A stretch of DNA of 64,000 nt from Chrysomallon squamiferum (taxonomy: Eukaryota > Animalia > Mollusca). Below are positions 58,169 to 64,000 of this stretch, piece after piece. The notes beneath the pieces are model-generated. The model searched no databases, had not been told where the DNA came from, and was given only the letters and a program-made list of their open reading frames with translations. How positions within the stretch are numbered: position 1 is the first letter of the stretch; every line of letters starts with the position of its first letter. The stretch covers positions 496,001 through 560,000 of the forward strand of contig CM022678.1 of assembly GCA_012295275.1 (NCBI GenBank). Direction: 5' to 3'. The position numbers were made by a program, and so were the translations under genes.

Positions 58169-59020
58169 ATTTCTATTGGAGGCTAAGATTAAGTGTGAGA
58201 AATTGTCCACAATGTTTTGTTTCAGTGTTGAATACAAGCTGCAGAGACATAAAAGAAAATGTGTTACTTGACAATATTAATTTAAGAAGCAAGTTAAATC
58301 AGTATCTAATTTTTGTATTGTTCTATTGACAGGACAGAAGAGTTGTATGGTCAGTCACAGAAAACTAAAAGTAAAAGCTAAAATCTAAAGACGGGTTAAA
58401 CTGAGTTGTAAGTAGGTTAATGTTTTATTTGTTTGAATTACTTATATTTACACACAAGCAGAAACACGTACATACATGTACACATTTCAAATTCAAGTGT
58501 GATTGCCAGTAAAAATAGTAAAATTTAATATTATAAGCGTACAGTGGAAGACTGATAAAACTTCAGTTGTCAAAGCTAGTCACAAGCTGGGTCCAGGTTT
58601 TATTGAAAAATGACTTTTCAGTCTTGTTGTAGTTTGTTATTTATAATTCTTTGTTTACTAGTTTTCAACCTTTACATTAAGTATCTCATGCTGACCTCAG
58701 TAAGCAAATTTCATTTCTGTCTCTGATACTAGAAACAATTAACATTGAATAAAATGAATTTTTACCTTAGTTACCTAATGTTTTCTTTGCTATTATTTAT
58801 TTATTTATTTATTTATACTTCAAACTTGATGTAACAGGTATGAGGTTTTTATTGAATAGTATCTAACATGAAATTCTCATCAATGCTGTTTTTTGTGGGG
58901 TTTTTATTTTGTTATTTTGTTATTATATTTTTTCCCAATATAGCAAATGACTGTGTCACCTGTTATTCATTTTAAGAAATAAAATAAGTTGTTACACTTT
59001 GTACACAGTATGACAAGTGT

Positions 59021-59349
59021 TAAATACTGTACTATTTGTAGTTAAATACTGTGCTATTTGTAGTTAAATACTGTGCTATTTGTAGTTAAATACTGTACTA
59101 TTTGTTGTTAAATACTATACTATTTGTAGTTAAATACTGTACTATTTGTAGTTAAATACTGTACTATTTGTTGTTAAATACAGTACTATTTGTAGTTAAA
59201 TACTGTACTATTTGTAGTTAAATACTGTACTATTTGTAGTTAAATACTGTACTATTTGTTGTTAAATACTGTACTATTTGTAGTTAAATACTGTACTATT
59301 TGTTGTTAAATACTGTACTATTTGTAGTTAAATACTGTACTATTTGTAG
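59021..59349. repeat. 22-bp minisatellite (gttaaatactgtactatttgta)n
   Basis: About 15 copies. Confidence 0.95.
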
Positions 59350-59388
59350 ATGCTACTACTTCACCAGTGTCAGGAAGACAGCTGCATA

Positions 59389-60491
59389 AGAACACTACAA
59401 AATGAATGTGTCTGTACATAAACATGAAATGACAAGAACACAACAGAGTGAATGTGTCTGTACATAAACATGAAATCACAAGAACACTACAAAATGAATG
59501 TGTCTGTACATAAACATGAAATCACAAGAACACAACAGTGAATGTGTCTGTACATAAACATGAAATCACAAGAACACTACAGAATGAATGTGTCTGTACA
59601 TAAACATGAAATCACAAGAACACTACAGAATGAATATGTCTGTACATAAACATGAAATGACAAGAACACTACAGAATGAATGTGTCTGTACATAAACATG
59701 AAATCACAAGAACACTACAGAATGAATGTGTCTGTACATAAACATGAACTCACAAGAACACAACAGAGTGAATGTGTCTGTACATAAACATGAACTCACA
59801 AGAACACAACAGAGTGAATGTGTCTGTACATAAACATGAAATGACAAGAACACTACAGAATGAATATGTCTGTACATAAACATGAAATGACAAGAACACT
59901 ACAGAATGAATGTGTCTGTACATAAACATGAAATCACAAGAACACTACAGAATGAATGTGTCTGTACATAAACATGAACTCACAAGAACACAACAGAGTG
60001 ATGTGTCTGTACATAAACATGAACTCACAAGAACACAACAGAATGAATGTGTCTGTACATAAACATGAAATGACAAGAACACAACAGAGTGAATGTGTCT
60101 GTACATAAACATGAAATGACAAGAACACTACAGAATGAATGTGTCTGTACATAAACATGAAATGACAAGAACACTACAGAATGAATGTGTCTGTACATAA
60201 ACATGAAATGACAAGAACTCTACAGAATGAATGTGTCTGTACATAAACATGAAATGACAAGAACACTACAGAATGAATGTGTCTGTACATAAACATGAAA
60301 TGACAAGAACACTACAGAATGAATATGTCTGTACATAAACATGAAATCACAAGAACACAACAGAGTGAATATGTCTGTACATAAACATGAACTCACAAGA
60401 ACACAACAGAGTGAATGTGTCTGTACATAAACATGAAATCACAAGAACACTACAGAATGAATGTGTCTGTACATAAACATGAAATCACAAG
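59389..60491. repeat. 46-47-bp minisatellite (aagaacactacagaatgaatgtgtctgtacataaacatgaaatcac)n
   Basis: About 24 copies. Confidence 0.95.
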
Positions 60492-60979
60492 ATCAAGTTT
60501 TTGAATGAAGAATGTAGCAGATTACTGAAAACTGAAGTGTGAAAATGATCAGAGTATGCTTATACAAGCACAGAAATAGATTAAAATTATCATCTAATAT
60601 TTACTTAACAGATACCACAGAGGAAGTCACCCTGTTTTGAAATGTTACCCATGTACATACTAATTTATTCCAAAAATTTAAGAAGTTATCGTACTAAATA
60701 AATAAATGTATTACTATATAATTAAATTGAATACAAATAAATATGAATAGTCCATTAAAAAAAAAGAATTGAGATAACAGAAGAGTGATAATATAATATA
60801 CACCTGTGACAATATAATGTCACATAATTGCCATTGCTATTTAACACTAATAACAAATCACTTCAAAGTATGGAGCTGCAGAGTTTATGAAATAGTTTAA
60901 GAAATTGTTTTAGAGAGAAAATGTTACATTCAGTCTCTAGATTACATCTGTAGTTAAAGGGTTCAGTGACAAGTAAACA

Positions 60980-61270
60980 TTCAACTGCCTCCAACATCTG
61001 ACTCATCTCTCCAGTTAAATGTTGGATTTGTCAAGTGAACTATTGTCATTCCCAGTGCTAAGCTGATTCCACATTCATTCTATATAAAATGTTTGATATA
61101 CACAAATGTGCTCAAGTGGATTCAAAACTGGACTCATGACTGGCCAAGGCAGAAGTGTTACAGCTTTGTTCTGGATGTAGCCTGTTGCAGGTCATTAATG
61201 GACTGATGAGTATAACTCACTACCTGTAGGAAAGCTGATGTCCTGTAGGTCTGATCTGTTGAGTGCATTC
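60980..61270 (-). mobile_element. Degenerate Tc1/mariner transposase C-terminal relic
   Basis: ATGYIQNKAVTLLPWPVMSPVLNPLEHIC (about 61103-61189) matches the Tc1 WP..SPDLNPIE motif; QIQHLTGEMSQMLEAV further downstream; broken by stops and frameshifts. Confidence 0.75.
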
Positions 61271-62290
61271 ATATTATGTCATCTTTGTGTTTCTGATGTC
61301 AGGCATTGTGCCAAGTTCAGTTGTGCTAGCATTAAACATTCATATCTCATATGTGAGTATTCTGCAGTTTGTAAAAAACATGGAGACTTGATACACTGAA
61401 CTGTCACAGTGAAATCATTTGTAACTGTCATTCAGAAACAAGAAACATCATTCTGTTGTTAATCATCACAAAGTTGTAATTACTTGTGACATGTTGTCAC
61501 TCATTATCTCAGTGTTTAACTTTTCTCCAGATGTAAATTAGTGATGTTTTCATTTGTATCATTTATATCACATAATTCACTACGATGATAGTATAATTAA
61601 AACTATTCAGATATTATCTATAATTTTTATTTTGTTTATATCAGTTAATGCAAATTACAAAATTAATAATAAAATTTAGTTACTATTCTGATAATTTTTT
61701 ATATTTATTACAAATCATATAACTTTTGTCATAATTATTGACAATTTAGTACTGTAGTTTAAAAGTATTCTGTAAATGTATTATTTTAATTATTACAAAA
61801 TATTTTGAATGAACTCATTCTAATGTGATGCAAAATTAATTACAACAATATTAGTTTTCAAATGAGTAGTGATGTGATAATTATGTTTTCATGTTATTTT
61901 TATATAACAGTCTAACATCACTATTTACTAAACTAGCACATTTATTACAACAATCCTCATTTCATTATTTTAAAATACTTTCAAGAACATGTTTATAGAA
62001 CAAAAGTTGAGAATGCAGTCAGAGCTGTTTTTATATTAGCTGTTGCTCAACAAGTGATATATGAAATTGTATGCACTGTCTGTGGGTAGGTGTAAATGAA
62101 TTATCACTTGTTGCTAATAAGAAAGTGTAGATTGTGAAGTGACAGCAATAGATTTCTTTTTTTGTTATCTGAATATTCCTAAATCTTCTCTCTAACCTCA
62201 TATAAATTAAATGAGTTAAATAAAACATTTGTTTTCTTCCTTCTGTATTAAAAATCAATCATTATATTATTATTTTACAGCTCAACCAAT

Positions 62291-62552
62291 ATGGACAACA
62301 AAAACAAGAGTTCAGAAGTTTCGTCTAACAGCACAGCTGTTTTGTCCACAGACAAAATCACAGCTGTTTCTTCTTCAGACAAAATCACAGCTGTTTCTCC
62401 TTCAGACATCACAGCTGTTTGTTCTGCAGAGACTGAGACAGCTGTTTCTCTCTTAGACAATACAACAAGTGTTTGTCTCTCTGGCATCACACCTCAGTTT
62501 TCCTTTGAAGTCACAACAAAAATATATCAACTACCTGTGTCAAGCAGTTGTG
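62291..62552 (+). CDS. First coding exon of an unknown protein (Ser/Thr-rich, internal DKITAV repeats)
   Basis: Acceptor ttttacag ending 62280, ATG at 62291, donor G|gtaata (phase 1). Confidence 0.6.
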
Positions 62553-62809
62553 GTAATATGCACATTATTTTAATATACTGTTTACTTTTTTGATGGTAAA
62601 TTCTAAACTGACAAAAGTACTATTTACACTTGAAACAATACACTGTTTCGATATATTGTTTAGTTCCATCTTAGATATTAGCAAAATTGACACTTTTAAC
62701 AAAAAACAGATTGTATTAATGCTCAATGTTGTCCTTACAGATACAAACATTTTTTTAAATTATGCTTGTGAGTTGTAAATTTAAGAAATGTATTTACTCC
62801 TTTTCACAG

Positions 62810-62893
62810 ATACTCAAATACAACTTGTAGAAGAGACAGTAAAGATATCTCACTGTGGAAATGTTGTAATAGGAGGCAATAGCACTTTAACTA
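62810..62893 (+). CDS. Second coding exon (DTQIQLVEETVKISHCGNVVIGGNSTLT) with RHIM-like motif; gene continues beyond the window
   Basis: Acceptor ttttcacag, donor gtaagt, phase 1-1, open in frame with the previous exon. Confidence 0.65.
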
Positions 62894-64000
62894 GTAAGTT
62901 GAAAACTAACTTTTCTTTTCTCTAGATGTTTAACTGATAACAGAACACACATGTGACTTACTTTGGCTCTCGTCTCCAGTATCATGTACAGATCTTTAAA
63001 TTGACTAAGTTGTAACAGTTTCTAATACTGATGTCACCAAGTCATCACAAGAAACACATTTGTTAAAAATCCCTTAGAAATTAATAAGTAGCCTGCAACA
63101 CAATTCTCAACCAATAACTTGCTGAAACATTGAGGAATTTTACATCATAAAATTAAAAAAACATTCTTAAGAACTTGCTGGGAGTGTTGTCCTGTTTTGG
63201 TGCTTGTGATCTTACTGGATGTAACCTAAAACAGCAGTGAACTACACAAGTAAAACCTAATTAACAGACAAGTTGACATCACCAAGCTCACCCAGTAACT
63301 GTTTAGAACTCATTTTACTTTGTGCTGATCTTCTAGCAACATAGCTAAATATTACCAGATAAAACTACTTATTTTTCATTAAATAAAACTAACATTCTTG
63401 ACACCATTAATGCTGCCCAGAATACAAAGCCCACAATACAAAGCCCACTTGTTTAATGTGACATGTGTCAACCAATAACCAGTACACTTCCAAGGATTCT
63501 GTGATCTGCTATTCTTTGCGGTTAGACTTTTTTCACCTTTGGTTTTAGACACTGCTTCTAAAATCATCATTTTCATTATCTTATCACATAACTATGCATG
63601 ATTTAGTATTTGAATTAAAATCTACATATTGATGCAGTAATGGTCATAATTTTTTTTTTTTTTTTTTTTTTAAATCTTAACGTCCATTGTTCTACAAACG
63701 AGGTCATTTAATCATTGTCAGATCATAATGATTTTTCTCCTTTAACGATAGCTGGTGACATATGCAAAAACATCCACATATAAACACACACACACAAACA
63801 CAGACATTTTTAATACTGCATGCATTAAGTGTAGATAGGGACAGTTACAGAAATAATACTTGTAGGCTGTGAATGTAAATAATTTATTTTTCTATATTTG
63901 CAACAACACAAGCAGTGGTAGAACATATTTAAATATGAGCACACATAAACCAATCTACTAACACAAACATTGTATCAGGAGGTGCAGCTGTTGACACCAT

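Noticed and set aside
63379-63576. 65-aa minus-strand ORF
   Set aside because: No recognisable motif or splice context; antisense to the inferred plus-strand gene

Overview
AT-rich, microsatellite- and minisatellite-dense animal genomic DNA with spliced genes; the gene content (endogenous GH9 cellulase, PAN-EGF-fibrinogen genes) suggests a mollusc, which is an inference. Almost all ORFs in the supplied track are repeat artefacts; the gene models below were built by hand from GT-AG sites and codon phase. (1) Minus strand 7772-17674: a complete nine-exon GH9 endoglucanase domain. It has no signal-peptide exon of its own that I could find, and its catalytic DAGD motif reads DAGG. (2) Minus strand 20909-31790: a tandem array of three signal peptide-PAN/Apple + EGF cassettes, one PAN pseudo-exon, one fibrinogen-domain (FReD) exon with a 1-nt frameshift, and a decayed FReD relic. 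The most downstream cassette splices in phase onto the GH9 exons, predicting a 582-aa secreted PAN-EGF-GH9 protein in which a probably inactive cellulase domain occupies the slot held by FReD in its paralog. This is the main candidate for a new system. (3) Minus strand 40613-44514: a calmodulin-like gene with two further candidate first exons (47679-47750, 53488-53574). (4) Plus strand from about 57.9 kb: the start of a CpG-depleted gene with a RHIM-like exon and an intronic Tc1 relic. Several minisatellites amplify splice sites or a stop codon.
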